Shown piece after piece: positions 1 to 12,152 of a stretch of DNA of 64,000 nucleotides. The translations under genes and the position numbers were made by a program. Location: NCBI GenBank assembly GCA_030141605.1, contig JAQGDQ010000411.1:62001-126000 (forward strand), in the 5' to 3' direction. The notes under the pieces are model-generated. The model did not search any database. It worked only from the letters and a program-made list of their open reading frames with translations, and was not told the origin of the DNA. Within the stretch, counting starts at the first letter, position 1. Every line of letters starts with the position of its first letter. Source of the stretch: Tubiluchus corallicola. Taxonomy: Eukaryota; Animalia; Priapulida.

Positions 1-1208
1 TTGTTTATATCAATGATATTGCAAACCGACAGAACAATATGTAACTAAATTCGCTGATATATTTCATGGTACTACAATATTTATGGCTTTTGCAAACTTT
101 CGGTTACCAATATGAATAATATGCTAAATAATCTTTCGACGTGGTACTTAATTCTAGTAAAATTGGCACTTAATTCTAGTAAAACAAAATGTATCATGTT
201 TCGATCTAAATAGTTCCTCCAAATAGTACACTTTTCATTGATGGTGAACCAATTGAATTCATCAAAGAGACCAAATTTCTTGGTATCATCCTCCATGAAA
301 GCTTGGACTGGACTCCGCACACATTAACATGATTAGTCTTAAAATAACAAAAAATCTTGGTATTATTTCCCAGTCTTTCAAAGGTTCATGTCATAATATT
401 ATATAATTCTTTAGTTCTACCCTATTTAAATTTTGCTTCTATTCTTTGGGGCCCCACTTACCCCTCAAATTTAAATCCACTTCGTACACTGCAACGAAAA
501 TTCTTGCATAATTGTTACGTACATTCTAAATTTTTTACAATTTTTTAATTTGTTTCTGCAATTTTTCACAAATCCTATAAACAAAAATGTCAAACAGCGT
601 AATACTAGGTATAATGAATATTATGTGAGATATTGCAGAACCATTGCTGCTAAACATTTTATTTCTTTTCTAGGTTCCAATGTTTGGAATTCTATTTCTT
701 GTAATATCAAAACAGTATCATGTGAACCTAGATTTAAGAAGGAGATGAAAACATGTCTCTTAAATACATATTAGGTGGATTTGATCTTCAACTTTTCTTG
801 CTATTGTGTTCACCACGTTGGCTGCCACTCACAGTCAGTCCCTGCATACATAAATGACTTATCATGCTGTAGCCATTTCATTGCATTTTTATCATTTTAT
901 AACTTTTAGCTTTTTTCCTTCTCTTTCACTTACATTACTTACTTACACCCTAATTTTACCGTCATGTCATCTCTTTTCATTGAGCATCTCTTTTGTCCTC
1001 CCCCTCACACATAAGAACACACCACGCATTGCAGTTGGGCATTTTCAAGTTCCAGCTTTTAGCTCAGCTGTAAGCAGTTACATCATTTGTTCATTAATAA
1101 TTAACAAGGAATTGTAGTAATTTTTAATTAAGTTTGTACAATTATATGTAATACATCTGATTATTTCTGTAATTGTAAGTGTTTTTGTCTAATAAACAAT
1201 AATAAACT
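1..1208 (+). mobile_element. Decayed LINE (L2/CR1-group) RT C-terminal region plus 3' UTR
   Basis: Frameshifted RT motifs: VYINDI..KFAD, LALNSSKTKCIMF, IKETKFLGIILHESLDWTPH, LYNSLVLPYLNFASILWG, SFLGSNVWNSI. Ends in an AATAAAC-type tail at ~1191-1207. Confidence 0.85.
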
Positions 1209-1559
1209 AATGTTCATATGTTTGCATCAGCTACAAAAACATTTCGCAACATTTATTTTCTGCTTGATATTTGTGTTTTCAAAATTTTCAAAAATACAAT
1301 TTTGATTAAAGAAAAACATACAAAATGAGCAATATGTTGAGCAATATGTTGCAGCTTGAGCCTAATATCGGAATTTTTTCTGCATGCAGCGTTCAGTAAA
1401 GTAGCAAGCACCAACATTTTGAGTAAAATTTTTTGAGTCTAATTAGTACAAAGTGAAAACAAAGTTTTTGCCATGAAAAGAAACTAAATTTAAGAAAAAA
1501 CACCCACACGTTCGAAGAATCAGTGGTGTTATTTTTAAGTCTTTGATATGACTCACTCA

Positions 1560-1606
1560 CGAGTTGAACTTGCGACCTCCTGAGTGGGAAGTGAGCAAGC
1601 TACCAA
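1560..1606 (-). mobile_element. tRNA-derived SINE head remnant
   Basis: Reverse strand reads tggtagcttgctcacttcccactcaggaggtcgcaagttcaactc (A-box-like and B-box-like). Similar remnants at ~30560-30600 and ~48630-48690. Confidence 0.4.
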
Positions 1607-2402
1607 GACGTGCACATTGATATGTATTCCTAATATGAAGCCACTGATGAACTTCTTCATTAAATGAACATTAGTGTTATTAAAATGCATTGATATGTCT
1701 GATAATTGTGATTTAATGACAATCACACTGGTATTACTACACTCGGCAAAAACCAAATACTCATGTACAGCAACCCATGTTATAAAATATGGTTATTCTC
1801 ACCCCCCCCCATGATTATGTTGCTTATGATTTATATTGGTCAGCATTAAACCAAATGAAATAGGAATTCTCGGCTTCATCCTCAATGAAATTAAAAATAT
1901 ATTGCTAACATTACTGAGTAATTAATTATTTATATATAAATTAACCCATTGTACGGTATTAGTACATTCTACTAAAGAGTATAACATCAATTGAAAAAAG
2001 CATTTTTTATTGTTTACAAAAAGAAACAATTATATATAAAGTAAGTGCATAGTAAACTGCAATAGCAGCACACGAAGGCTCAGTAGTACCCAAAAATTAC
2101 ATAAATTTTTTAATAATTTGATTTTGATACCCAAAAAAACAAAAACTTTCTGGGGCAAATATTTGTCCAGGCCCTGTCAAGGGTTAGTTGATCCCAGACT
2201 TTCTATGTTTTGCACTCATTTTTGTCATACGGTTGGCAAATCTGCTGAGTCTGTGTAATGAATCGCAGCATTAATTCACAACAAATTGTCACGTGAATTG
2301 TTTTGAAGAGGTAATAAACCAAAAAAGATTTAAATCCAAAACCAACTGACAATTCAGTAACTAAAAAAGACGCGATCCTAATGCATTAATAAAGAAACAA
2401 AT

Positions 2403-2903
2403 CAGTGGCGGCTTGTGGAACTACAGCACGCCACATTTTCACTCAATATAGTCGATAATATTCAATATAATAAGTCTTTTCCTTTTGTTCATTTTTATAC
2501 TTGTATGGAACCAGAGCGCGTGAGGGAGTGTGTTTGGTTGTTATGTCTATGCAGCTATGCCCACATGTCTAAGATAACAAGGTGTACGCTGCACTGCTAG
2601 CAGCTGTTGCTAGGTAGAGAAAGTACTGTCGCTCACACAGTTTGTGTGTCACGCGCTTAAAAACCGTGTACCAGCATATTCTTGAACTGCGACAATTTAG
2701 GCTATTCGTAAGCAAACAAATTGTTTGGTTTACAATTTTATCAAGTTTATGCATAAATTTTTGTGTTTGCTTGTTTAAAATTAAAATTACAACATTAAAA
2801 TCACATAATATGTTTGTTTCATTTTACACAGTATTAAAACTATGGCTAAAAATTTTCTGAAGCAGCACCCCCACCCCCCAATTTTAATTACAAGCCGCCA
2901 CTT
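2403..2903 (+). mobile_element. hAT-like MITE (CAGTGGCGGCTTGT TIR)
   Basis: Left end cagtggcggcttgt, right end acaagccgccact. A diverged inverted copy lies at ~15045-15565. No clean TSD. Confidence 0.7.
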
Positions 2904-2995
2904 AAATTAGTGCTATAAAACCAGAAACAAAACGTTCTGAATATCGGCACAAACACATCACATGCCTAACTTCTTCCAGTTAATCTTTCCTACCT

Positions 2996-3052
2996 AGGAT
3001 AAACTTGTTCCTGCGCAGGCTTCCTCTTCTTTGGTGTTCTTTTTCTTCCCAT
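2996..3052 (-). CDS. Candidate first coding exon of an unidentified minus-strand gene (basic N-terminus MGRKRTPKKRKPAQEQVYP)
   Basis: Polypyrimidine-AG acceptor (ttttttgtctag) upstream, ATG, open lysine/arginine-rich NLS-like peptide, AG|gtagga donor. Downstream exons not confidently found. Confidence 0.45.
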
Positions 3053-3660
3053 CAGCACACAGTCAACTAGACAAAAAATATGATTACATGACTTCATGCA
3101 TATTCTCAAGGTTTCTTAACACTCGCATTTAAAATAATTACCATCTTTAAAGCAACAGGAAATAATATGAAAATTATCGATGATCCAGTGGAATCGAAAC
3201 CTCATGAGTGAAATATTTTTTATTAGCAAAAAATTAAGTTTGTTATACCGGTAGTTTAGCTTACTAACAATAAAATCTATCCGACGTAGCTACTGCTTTT
3301 CAAAAGAACCACGATACTTATTCTAACAACCGCTTCAAAAAATGCCTACTCTGGATTTATGTCTTTCCTAATTCAAAGTCTGCTACGTGGATGATCTATA
3401 AGTCGTAGCCACCGTTTAATGCTTCCTGATATAACTTGTCAGAAGTCATCCAACTGTTACGACTGCTTTACTATCAACATCGAAAGTAAGTTCCTAGAAG
3501 AATATGATTCCATAAGTTTATAATACTGAAACAAAAAGTAAGTAAGCTAATTTTTAAAATTCATGCTTTTTGGCGGTTGCGAAATTGGCAAGCGTAAAAA
3601 CTATCACTGCACACAAAGGGTTTAGTCAGAAGCTGTGATTTCCGCCCTGCTTCACGCCCT

Positions 3661-4390
3661 GTTGGGAGCCGAGTGGACCACTGCGCGAAGTAGATCACTT
3701 GATGCGCTAAAAGTAGTGTCCTACATGGGCAGCCCAAGTAGGACACTAGCGATAAATGTAGGTGTTAGATGTAGGATTGTTTAGCTGTAGACTTAAATAT
3801 TAAGTGAGAATATTCCAGTGTTTATGAACTTTTGTCAAGTTTTGCCTTTTGTCAAGTTTTAGTTTATTGTGTTACTAGTAATAACTTTTTTGAGTTTTTT
3901 GAGTCCCAGCAGCTGATATGCAGCTGATAAATTTTTCTAACATTAATTCCAAATCCTCAGTGTGGATGAAAAATATTGGTTTGTTATAGCAATGTTGCCC
4001 TATGAACAAACTGATATTTTCGAAACAAAACGAAAATTGATTTTGAACTGAAATAGCAATCACTGTGTGTATGTATGAGTGGGCATAAACTGATCGCTTC
4101 AAAGGCAAGGTAGCCATCAAAAAAATTTTTACTGAGCTAATTAAGTCCAACCTCTCGACCTCCTCGCGGTGCTTCTACCAGTTCAGAATAAAATTCTTTT
4201 ATTTTATTAGATGTATAATAAATTATTCAACGTGTACGAACGTTTTTAATTATTATTATTACATAAACAAGCACAACGGACAGTGTCAGTACACTTAACG
4301 ACTCAATTCGCGACCTGTCTCTAGTGTCCTACTTGGGCAGCCCAAGTAGACCGCGGTCTACTTGGCGCAGTGGTCCACTCAGCTCCCAAC
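3661..4390. mobile_element. Non-autonomous TIR element with subterminal palindromes
   Basis: TIR gttgggagccgagtggaccactgcgc / gcgcagtggtccactcagctcccaac. Direct repeat acgccct on both sides (3654-3660, 4391-4397). Hairpin tagtgtcctacatgggcagcccaagtaggacacta. Confidence 0.85.
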
Positions 4391-4879
4391 ACGCCCTATT
4401 TACAAGTTTGTGTATCAGGTATTACTTTTGGCGAACGTGTGGCAAACGTTATACAACACAAACCTGAGCTAGAAAACCTACATGAAAATAATATTAGTAA
4501 CTGCAACAACAGTTTCGATACGAACTTTTACTTTTTGACTTTGCTTTTATCTCTTGTTTCTTGAAAAATTTATTATTAATGAAAGGATAACTAATCATTT
4601 AAAAATGAGTTGCTTTCAAAACTATAATTTGGCTTTAGAAAGAGTCATCAAACAGCTATTCCTGTTACTGCTTAACTGTCTGATAAAACAAAACACCATG
4701 CAGAAAGGCACTTACACGTTTTATTAATTCCGAAACTGCCTTCGGCAAGGTTACTCATAATTACAAAACTTGAACAATGTGGCAGAGAAAACAACATTAT
4801 ACAAATACTACAAGACATAAAAAATAAAGACCTTGAATTAGAAAGGAGTTTTTCCCAAGTTTTTTCCTCACACAGACAG

Positions 4880-5110
4880 GAGAATGACAATGCAGCACAC
4901 TTAGCTATGCCACTGTGCAGCTGTGATTGCTGTAAGGTTAGTAAAGGACATTCAGGAAGAGCTCAGAAGTCTAAGGAAGAATGGCATTATGTCAACAGTG
5001 AGGGCAATCCTACCGATGATGTATTATGAGGTCTTGCTGCTGAAAAGCTTGTTGGCAAATGAAAGATGGTTAAATAGACCAACATATTTCTGGCTGTCCT
5101 ATGCCAAGCC
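4880..5110 (+). mobile_element. Decayed BEL/Pao LTR retrotransposon RNase H-region fragment
   Basis: Frameshifted peptides CAAVIAVRLVKDIQEEL, EEWHYVNSEGNPTDD and RWLNRPTYF resemble the Pao motifs LAVRL, WxHVxSxxNPAD and WWNGP. Confidence 0.6.
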
Positions 5111-5628
5111 AGAGGAAACAGATGCCAATAAAAGCTTGAAAAGAAGAAGGAAAGAAGAGTGAAAGGGAATACTCACTCCTTTAGTACAGCATTTTATATA
5201 ACATAATAATTATTTTAATAAATTAAAATTTAATATTACATGTTAGATAACACGCCTTGCACCTACTACAGGTTTTTATCTTCCATGAAAGCATCTCTAC
5301 AAAAAAACTTTGTTTTTTCTTTGCGAAAACATCTTGAAAGCAATTGGATGTTTAGAAGTGGAATTTCATATACTTCTCAGTCTTATATAACGAGATAGAT
5401 TTTGTTGCTGTGGTCTTGCGATGGTTGCTAAAACTAACACGTGAGCATTAATTAGACTGAGCAGCCTGGCTGGTGGACGAATTTTCCTAATTGTTTTAAT
5501 AAAACTTACTTAATTTTAACTGCCAGTTCTCTTTATAGTAAATCACCTTATTTTGACCATAAATAGTAAGAAAGAGAGGGAAAAGGACTGAAACGAAGAA
5601 AGTAGCAAAATTCTGTATCAGTCTCTGT

Positions 5629-6008
5629 TAGGGGTGAGCATCAAATTTAAACGTACAAATTTGATTCGAACGAGTTATTTTAGTTCGAATTCGATTCGAA
5701 TCCAAAACTATAGATTCGAATAATTCAGCACTTCAATCACATATGTTCTTTATCACTAAAACGATTGAAACATCATGCAATTAGCATGATTTAGCTATGA
5801 TTTCTGTGCACAACTTTAAACAAATTACTAGTCGTTTTATTGCAGAACAAAATCTAGTGACAAGCATGATCTTTGTAAGACTAATTTTTACTGCTGGTTC
5901 GAAAACTAGTTCGAATTCGAAACACTGAAGTTCGGTTCGATTCGAATTCGAAAGTCACAAATTCGGTTCGATTCGAGTTCGCTTTCTGGTTGAGAATGCT
6001 CACCCCTA
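5629..6008 (+). mobile_element. hAT-like MITE (TAGGGGTGAGCAT TIR, TTCGAA-rich), copy 1
   Basis: TIR taggggtgagcat / atgctcaccccta; many internal ttcga repeats; closely similar to the copy at 12153-12564. Confidence 0.9.
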
Positions 6009-6019
6009 CTGATCACGCG

Positions 6020-6120
6020 TGACATCAGAGTGTCTTCGTCGATTTAGTTATCGCGACCAAAGCGATTATATACTTGAAGAGTTCCCATGTTGTTCGTTGC
6101 TAATTTTGTAAAACGTAAGT
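6020..6120 (+). promoter_or_regulatory. Probable promoter and 5' non-coding exon of ZNF gene 1
   Basis: CpG-containing patch ending in donor C|gtaagt at 6115; matching acceptor tttcacag at 7008. Confidence 0.5.
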
Positions 6121-6229
6121 GTGTGTTGGTGATATTAGAATTAGAAAGCAACAAGCAATTTATGCTTTTCTTCAACACAGTAATGTATTAACTAGCAAGA
6201 AATTAAGTCTTAACATTAGACTTTGATCA

Positions 6230-6600
6230 TTTAATGCTTGGGTTACCAGCATATTTATGTACAACAGTGAAACATGAGGTCAAATCAAGAAAAGCAGATT
6301 GACACATTTTAAAAAAGTATTCTAAGGAAAGTTTTTAAGATAAGGTGGCCATACATGATCAAAAATGAACATCTGTAGACCAAAGCGAAGGAAATTCCTT
6401 GCAATTTAATGAAGGTTAAGATGGCTAGGACATCTAAGTGAAACAACAGTAAGAATCGCCTTAAAACCTTTGTAAAAACCGCCTGGCAAACCAAAAACAA
6501 TTTGGTTAGCTAAGATAAATAAAGATGTTCAACAACTTCAACCAAGTCTATCTTTAGGAGTAGAAGAACTTGCGCTGTTAGATGCTGATAATAGCGGGTG
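6230..6600 (+). mobile_element. Decayed RTE-like LINE 3' fragment in the ZNF1 intron
   Basis: Broken-frame motifs LRKVFKIRWPYMIKNEHL, RWLGHL and PKTIWLAKINKDV, typical of an RTE-clade C-terminus. Confidence 0.55.
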
Positions 6601-7063
6601 AAATGCCGTAATAAATGTTAATACAGTGTCTATAATAGGTTGAATGAGACAGTGAAAAAGAAGCGTGATTATTTTATGTTAAGTAGAAGATACAGATTTT
6701 GTATGAGTGTAAAAGCAATTCTAATATTATGCTCAAGAAAAGGAGAGTTGAACGAGAATGTTCAATATTACTGTAAGATTATGTAAAAGGGAATACGAAT
6801 TGGTATTAAACTCTTTACTCAGTACTGTATGTGAGATGTTAATGCTTGCTTGATATCCCCTGACCCTGTGCCTCGTCATATATCTTCTATTTCACATTGT
6901 ACCCCCTTGCTTTGTGGGCACAGCAGGACTAATTTATCTAGGTAAAGTACATTCTTGCATTTTCATTTCAGCTAAGATGCCTACTAATCGTTTTATTCAT
7001 TTTCACAGATTGAGAGGCATCATACTAGTTAGCAGACTTGGCAAACTGACAGTGACATTATCA

Positions 7064-8398
7064 ATGGAAGAACTCGATGCATTTGAAGTAGTTGGCACAG
7101 AATTTTATTACAAGTGTACAGCTTGTTCTGAATGCTTCATCACTGAAGACATCTTTTTTGCACATACTAGAACATGGCATTGTAGACTCTTAGTTTGCAA
7201 AGGTCAAAATCCGAATTATGCAGCTATCAGTAACGACAAATATGAGGATCTTTTTCAACTTGCTAATCATTGTAGTGTAAAAGTCGAACCAGATGAAGAC
7301 AATGATCGTGTGATGACCAGTCAGGTCGGCGAGGGAGACAAAAACTTCGGACTCGAAGAATCAGATTTCCAAAGTTTTTCCAACGGTACTTCAAGAAGTT
7401 CCCAGGAGTTAGTGTACTTTTCAACGTGTTCTGATGTTGTTAGTAGCAAAAAAAGTGGAAATGACGTAGATAAACAAGTTAGCTATTATGAAATTAATGT
7501 CGATACTTATGAAGATTTGCCACCATCTACTGCAAATGGTAATTATTTAGCAACACATGACAAAACTTCTGAGAGTAGCGTTGACTTTGTTAAGTGCAGT
7601 GGACAAACTGATGAGTCACTTGATTGCGCTATTGTAGTTGATTCAGAGAAAGAATCTCTCTATCGTGGACCAACAAACCCGAGGGCAGAAGAAGACAGAG
7701 AATTTTCAAATACATTCTTTTCAAGTGCTGATTTTAGCAATGCTTCACAATTTCGTCTACACAGATGCCATTTGTGTTCAAAAACTTTTAACAACAATGC
7801 AAATTTAAAAGTTCATTTACGCATTCATTCAGGAGCCAGACCGTATAACTGTGACGTGTGCGGTAAATGCTTTCGGCATTCAAATGCATTGAAGAGGCAT
7901 TCGTATATTCATATTAATCAGATAGCCAGTAAAATTACGGCTCATGGTCAGCGGAGGCGACTAAGGCATGATAACGCATATGCCACTGTTTATAAAAGAC
8001 CTAATCTTGAAAGCTTCCATTCAATCATGCCACAGTCTGACGTTACAAAGAAGATACATTCAGATCCAAATAAGGACGTGACTGCTGCTCATAAGTTTAG
8101 GACTAGCATTGTTGATTGGTCTACAAAGCAAAAGTCGCTACTAGATCAAGGTAGTTGCCGCGAAGATATTTCAAAAACGAACGAAACTTCATCCAGTGGA
8201 ACTTGTGTGACTGGCACTAAGAAGCATTTACAACTTTTTAAATGCTTCATTTGTAATAAAACTTTCAGAAACTTAGCAAATCTTAACATACATCAACGGA
8301 TTCACACTGGTGCCAAACCATATAGCTGTCGTACATGTGGAAAATATTTTCGGCATTCCAATGCTTTGAGAAGACATGAGAAGCTGCACATTAGATAG
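7064..8398 (+). CDS. C2H2 zinc-finger protein (~444 aa): atypical N-terminal finger plus two pairs of Kruppel-type fingers
   Basis: Long ORF with CxxC...HxxxH fingers and HSGARPY / HTGAKPY linkers. Acceptor at 7008 makes the ATG at 7064 (MEELDAF) the likely start. Confidence 0.92.
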   Translation: MEELDAFEVVGTEFYYKCTACSECFITEDIFFAHTRTWHCRLLVCKGQNPNYAAISNDKYEDLFQLANHCSVKVEPDEDNDRVMTSQVGEGDKNFGLEESDFQSFSNGTSRSSQELVYFSTCSDVVSSKKSGNDVDKQVSYYEINVDTYEDLPPSTANGNYLATHDKTSESSVDFVKCSGQTDESLDCAIVVDSEKESLYRGPTNPRAEEDREFSNTFFSSADFSNASQFRLHRCHLCSKTFNNNANLKVHLRIHSGARPYNCDVCGKCFRHSNALKRHSYIHINQIASKITAHGQRRRLRHDNAYATVYKRPNLESFHSIMPQSDVTKKIHSDPNKDVTAAHKFRTSIVDWSTKQKSLLDQGSCREDISKTNETSSSGTCVTGTKKHLQLFKCFICNKTFRNLANLNIHQRIHTGAKPYSCRTCGKYFRHSNALRRHEKLHIR

Positions 8399-8486
8399 TG
8401 GTGTTGGGGTCTGTAATTTTACGACATGATCATGTACATCGTGCTTTGCTTTTTATTTCTTTCATTGGTTTCACCGTTTTTACCTA

Positions 8487-8735
8487 TAGTAAGTCCTCAC
8501 TTAACGATGCTAATGCGTTAAGGCAAAATGCGACGTTAAGCGAAAGCTTTCATAGACATGAATGTAAAAGAATTGAGATACGTGGCAAAAATCAAAGCTG
8601 CTTAAATCATGTAAGTTAAACATTTTATGAGTTTCTTTATGGGTCGTACTAATTAATTTTTCTGCTTGCTGAAAAGGTATAAAATGTTCAGCGTCGTTAA
8701 AAGGAAACGGCGAGTCATTAAGCGAGGACCTACTG
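8487..8735. mobile_element. Tc1/mariner (pogo/Tigger-like) MITE
   Basis: TA|tagtaagtcctcacttaa ... ttaagcgaggacctactg|TA. Confidence 0.75.
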
Positions 8736-8745
8736 TATGTACAAA

Positions 8746-9588
8746 CAGTCGAACCTCATTATACCCCCCCTTACAATACCAGCCTCACCATAATGCCAAC
8801 TTTTGGCCTGTCCCAATTTCCATAATGTATGAAGTGTAGGGAATACCGCCAACCTCGCTTACCACCATCCGCCACTATCTGCCATGCCAAAAATCTATTT
8901 TACATGACAAATTTGCCCCATTATAACGCCAGGCAAGATAAAGTACAATGAATTGCTGCTGAGAAACAGCCATTGTGATGTAAAAGCAATGATCTCTGAA
9001 CAGAAAAACAATTATGATGTTGAAACTAAGATTTATATTTCGCAGCAAATGACTGTATGAAAGTGAATGTTGAGGTTTTGAACAAGGAACATGCATTTCA
9101 ATAGTACAAGTTTCGCATAGCTATAGTAGTTCAGTACTGAAATGGTATTAATGTTGTTCTACTCGAGGTCAAGTTATGTGCAGCAGCTATTTATAGTCTT
9201 AATTATTTGGCAATGTTGGGAGCATGGGTGGGCTGCATGGCTTCATGTTTCTTTTATCAGCATTCAGGAGTAGGCCAATTAACCAACCAATATTTCACAA
9301 GTTTGCTTCTATACATTATGTTATCTAAAAGTTTTGCTACGTATCGCTGTAGAACTACACCTGCATTAATTTTGTTCATGTAGCACAAATGTACAGTTTA
9401 ACACGCATATTGTTGTAGGTATAATATTATTATACTATTTATTACATATTAAAATTAACTCAGAAAGAAATCAGAGGCTACACAGCAGAATGGCTTTGAT
9501 ATTTAATGAACCTCGCCTTAACACCAACCCCTCTATAGCACCATATTTAGTGGTGTCCCAGAAGTGGCGTTATAACGAGATTTGATTG
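8746..9588. mobile_element. Tc1/mariner-like non-autonomous element
   Basis: Left end cagtcgaacctcattata, right end tataacgagatttgattg|TA, with aacctcgct subterminal repeats and gtccc motifs. Confidence 0.65.
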
Positions 9589-9711
9589 TATATTACCTTA
9601 TTTAGTCTTCTGTAACGTCAGTTCAATTGCATTGCATACTGCGTTATGTACTTCGCACATTTTTTTATCAGTAACAGCTATGAAAATATTGCAACTGTTT
9701 TCAGTCTTGAT

Positions 9712-10400
9712 TAGAGGTGATCATTCTCCGTCAGGGGTGATGACCATTCTCCATCAAGGGTGATTAGGGGTGACCATTCTCCATCAGGGGTGGTTAGTGG
9801 TGACCATTCTCCATCACGGGTGATTAGGGGTGACCATTCTCCATCTGGAGTGATTAGGGGCAACCATTCTCCATCAGGGGTGATTAGGGGTGACCATTCT
9901 CCATCTGGAGTGATTAGGGGCAACCATTCTCCATCAGGGGTGATTAGGGGTGACCATTCTCCATCTGGAGTGATTAGGGGCAACCATTCTCCATCAGGGG
10001 TGATTAGTGGTGACCATTCTCCATCAGGGGTGTTTAGTGTGACCGTTCTCCATCAGGGGTGATTAGGGGTGACCATTCTCCATCAGGGGTGATTAGGGGT
10101 GACCATTCTCCATCAGGGGTGATTAGGGGCGACCATTCTCCATCAGGGCTGATTAGGGGTGACCATTCTCCATCAGGGGTGATTAGGGGTGACCATTCTC
10201 CATCAGGGGTGATTAGGGGCGACCATTCTCTATCAGGGGTGATTAGGGGTGCCCATTCTCTATCAGGGGTGATTAGGGGTGACCATTCTCCATCTGGGGT
10301 GATTAGGGGCGACCATTCTCCATCAGGGATGATTAGTGGTGACCATTCTCCATCAGGGGTGTTTAGCATGACCGTTCTCCATCAGGGATGATTAGGGGCG
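9712..10400. repeat. 30-bp minisatellite (taggggtgaccattctccatcaggggtgat), ~23 copies
   Basis: Tandem repeat directly visible. Confidence 0.97.
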
Positions 10401-10464
10401 ATCTTAAAAACTCATTCAATTAGAATTTGTATGTTCGAACTCAAACGTGCGATACTCACCTCTA
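9712..10464 (-). mobile_element. hAT-like MITE of the TAGGGGTGAGCAT family whose interior is largely replaced by a 30-bp TIR-derived minisatellite
   Basis: tagaggtgatcattctc ... gatactcacctcta with perfect 8-bp TSD gtcttgat (9704-9711, 10465-10472). Confidence 0.88.
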
Positions 10465-11699
10465 GTCTTGATCATTATATCTTGCTGTTTTGCTAATTCA
10501 CAGACAAATCTCAAGCTATTTAATTATTCCTCATTGAATTCTGATCAGCAGAGTGCATTTCATGTGCAAACGTTACAAACGTTACGTAAACTGTTAAACT
10601 GTTCTTTATAGAGCTTAATTCTTGTATTATTCATTTCATTAATTAACAAGCATTAATTAAATCAGTTAACCATTTTGTATTTCAAATTCCTTTCTTACAT
10701 TAGTGTACCACTACTGACAGTTTAACAGTAGGACAAGTACCTGATAATTAATGCATTATATTGAGTGACAGCTTGACTTTCCGACACAATCTAATTTATC
10801 AGTAAGCTCAGTTAACTTTGAAAAGTCATCCTGCCTCTTCCAGGCATGTGAAGTCTAGTTAAGTAACGCTTGCGAAAAACGTGAAAAACGTTGGATGATG
10901 CCCGTATTTATCTAAATTAAAATAAATCATTTTCAGCCGATATTTGTCAACATCTGTAGCTAATAATGTATGATGTCTCCTTTTAATGCAATAGAAAATA
11001 TGAAACGAGGTTTGTAATTGGTTGTAAATGGACTGCAGTAAACACAATATAACTCAAACTGGTATAACTCGAATTCTTTCATATCTCAAACAGATATTGT
11101 GTAAAGGATTTTCCCTTTAAGAATTATCGGGTTACTTGAACCAAATTCCCGACACAATTCTTAAGATGCTGATTGAAATTACTTCGTCTATCTCGAACAA
11201 CCTTCCAAGCGAGAAGTCCTATGTGAAAGTGTGCACCATATTACAATTTTAACTGCTAGGTTTAATGTAGAATACAATATTATTATTACCGCATTCTATT
11301 ACCTATGTTTATCAGACTACAACAGAGGTGGACCAGTCATTTTATTTTCGACAATGCATAAAAATTGTTTAATATTTGATTAAAGGCTCAGTTTGTCATT
11401 TTCACAGGATGTAGTGTTACTAGTGTATTGTCTGATGTTGATCATTAACTCAATCTTTTTTCTATCTAGATCTAAAATGACTGCTGTTTGGGGGTCAAAG
11501 CATGGAGTTAATCTATAAAACATATGTGCCCATTTAACTGTTTCAGGAGGATTAAACATAAGTTCACTCTATTATAAAACACAATAGTATTGCTCACTGC
11601 GAGAGCATTGCTGCCTTATCACTTTTTCCAGTTTCTTCTCTCAGCTTATAATCAAATCAACTTTTATTGTTGCTAGACGTACAGATACTAGTTACTTGA

Positions 11700-11850
11700 C
11701 CAGACAGTACAGTCTAGTGTTTAATGGACAACACGTCTGCTTTCTGTTTGAGTGGTCGCGAGTTCAGTACAGTGGCCGGGTAATACCAAAGACTTTAAAA
11801 GTGGTGCCTACTGTTGCGTGGCACGTGGTATTTAGGGTAATACCAAAACC
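11700..11850 (+). mobile_element. tRNA-derived SINE with a Meta/MESC-like core
   Basis: tRNA-like ggtcgcgagttc followed by ggccgggtaataccaaagactttaaaagtggtgcc, resembling the MetaSINE core as I recall it. Confidence 0.45.
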
Positions 11851-12152
11851 ATTATTAAATTATCACAGCGTAACAAATAAATATCCTAGAAACGCCAACT
11901 GTGTCTATCAATAAAAATTATAATAATTAAACAATAAAAACAGTAATTAGTTACTTCTACTTATACTAATAATCTTCATTTTAAATTGGTTTCTTAGACT
12001 AAGAATTAGTATAAGCTCAAAGAACATTTTCCCAACTGCAAATAACATTTTTGCAAATATATAACATGATAACAGAGATGCTTATAATTATGGACGTGAG
12101 CAAAAAATTCCTTAGAATCCCTAGGAAAACTAAGCATGAAGCTACTAACGAA

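Noticed and set aside
1560-1606. Functional tRNA gene
   Set aside because: Only partial A/B-box-like sequence with no complete cloverleaf; treated as a SINE remnant.
1805-1885. Possible second exon of the minus-strand gene at 2996-3052
   Set aside because: The frame is open, but the acceptor (gag) is poor and the peptide is unrecognisable.
6914-7063. N-terminal extension of the ZNF1 ORF (and 13174-13302 for ZNF2)
   Set aside because: Mostly intronic: splice acceptors at 7008 and 13294 precede the ATGs, and paralog similarity begins just after those ATGs.
9711-10391. Repetitive ORFs on both strands (PLITPDGEWS / IRGDHSPSGV)
   Set aside because: Artefact of a 30-bp TIR-derived minisatellite.
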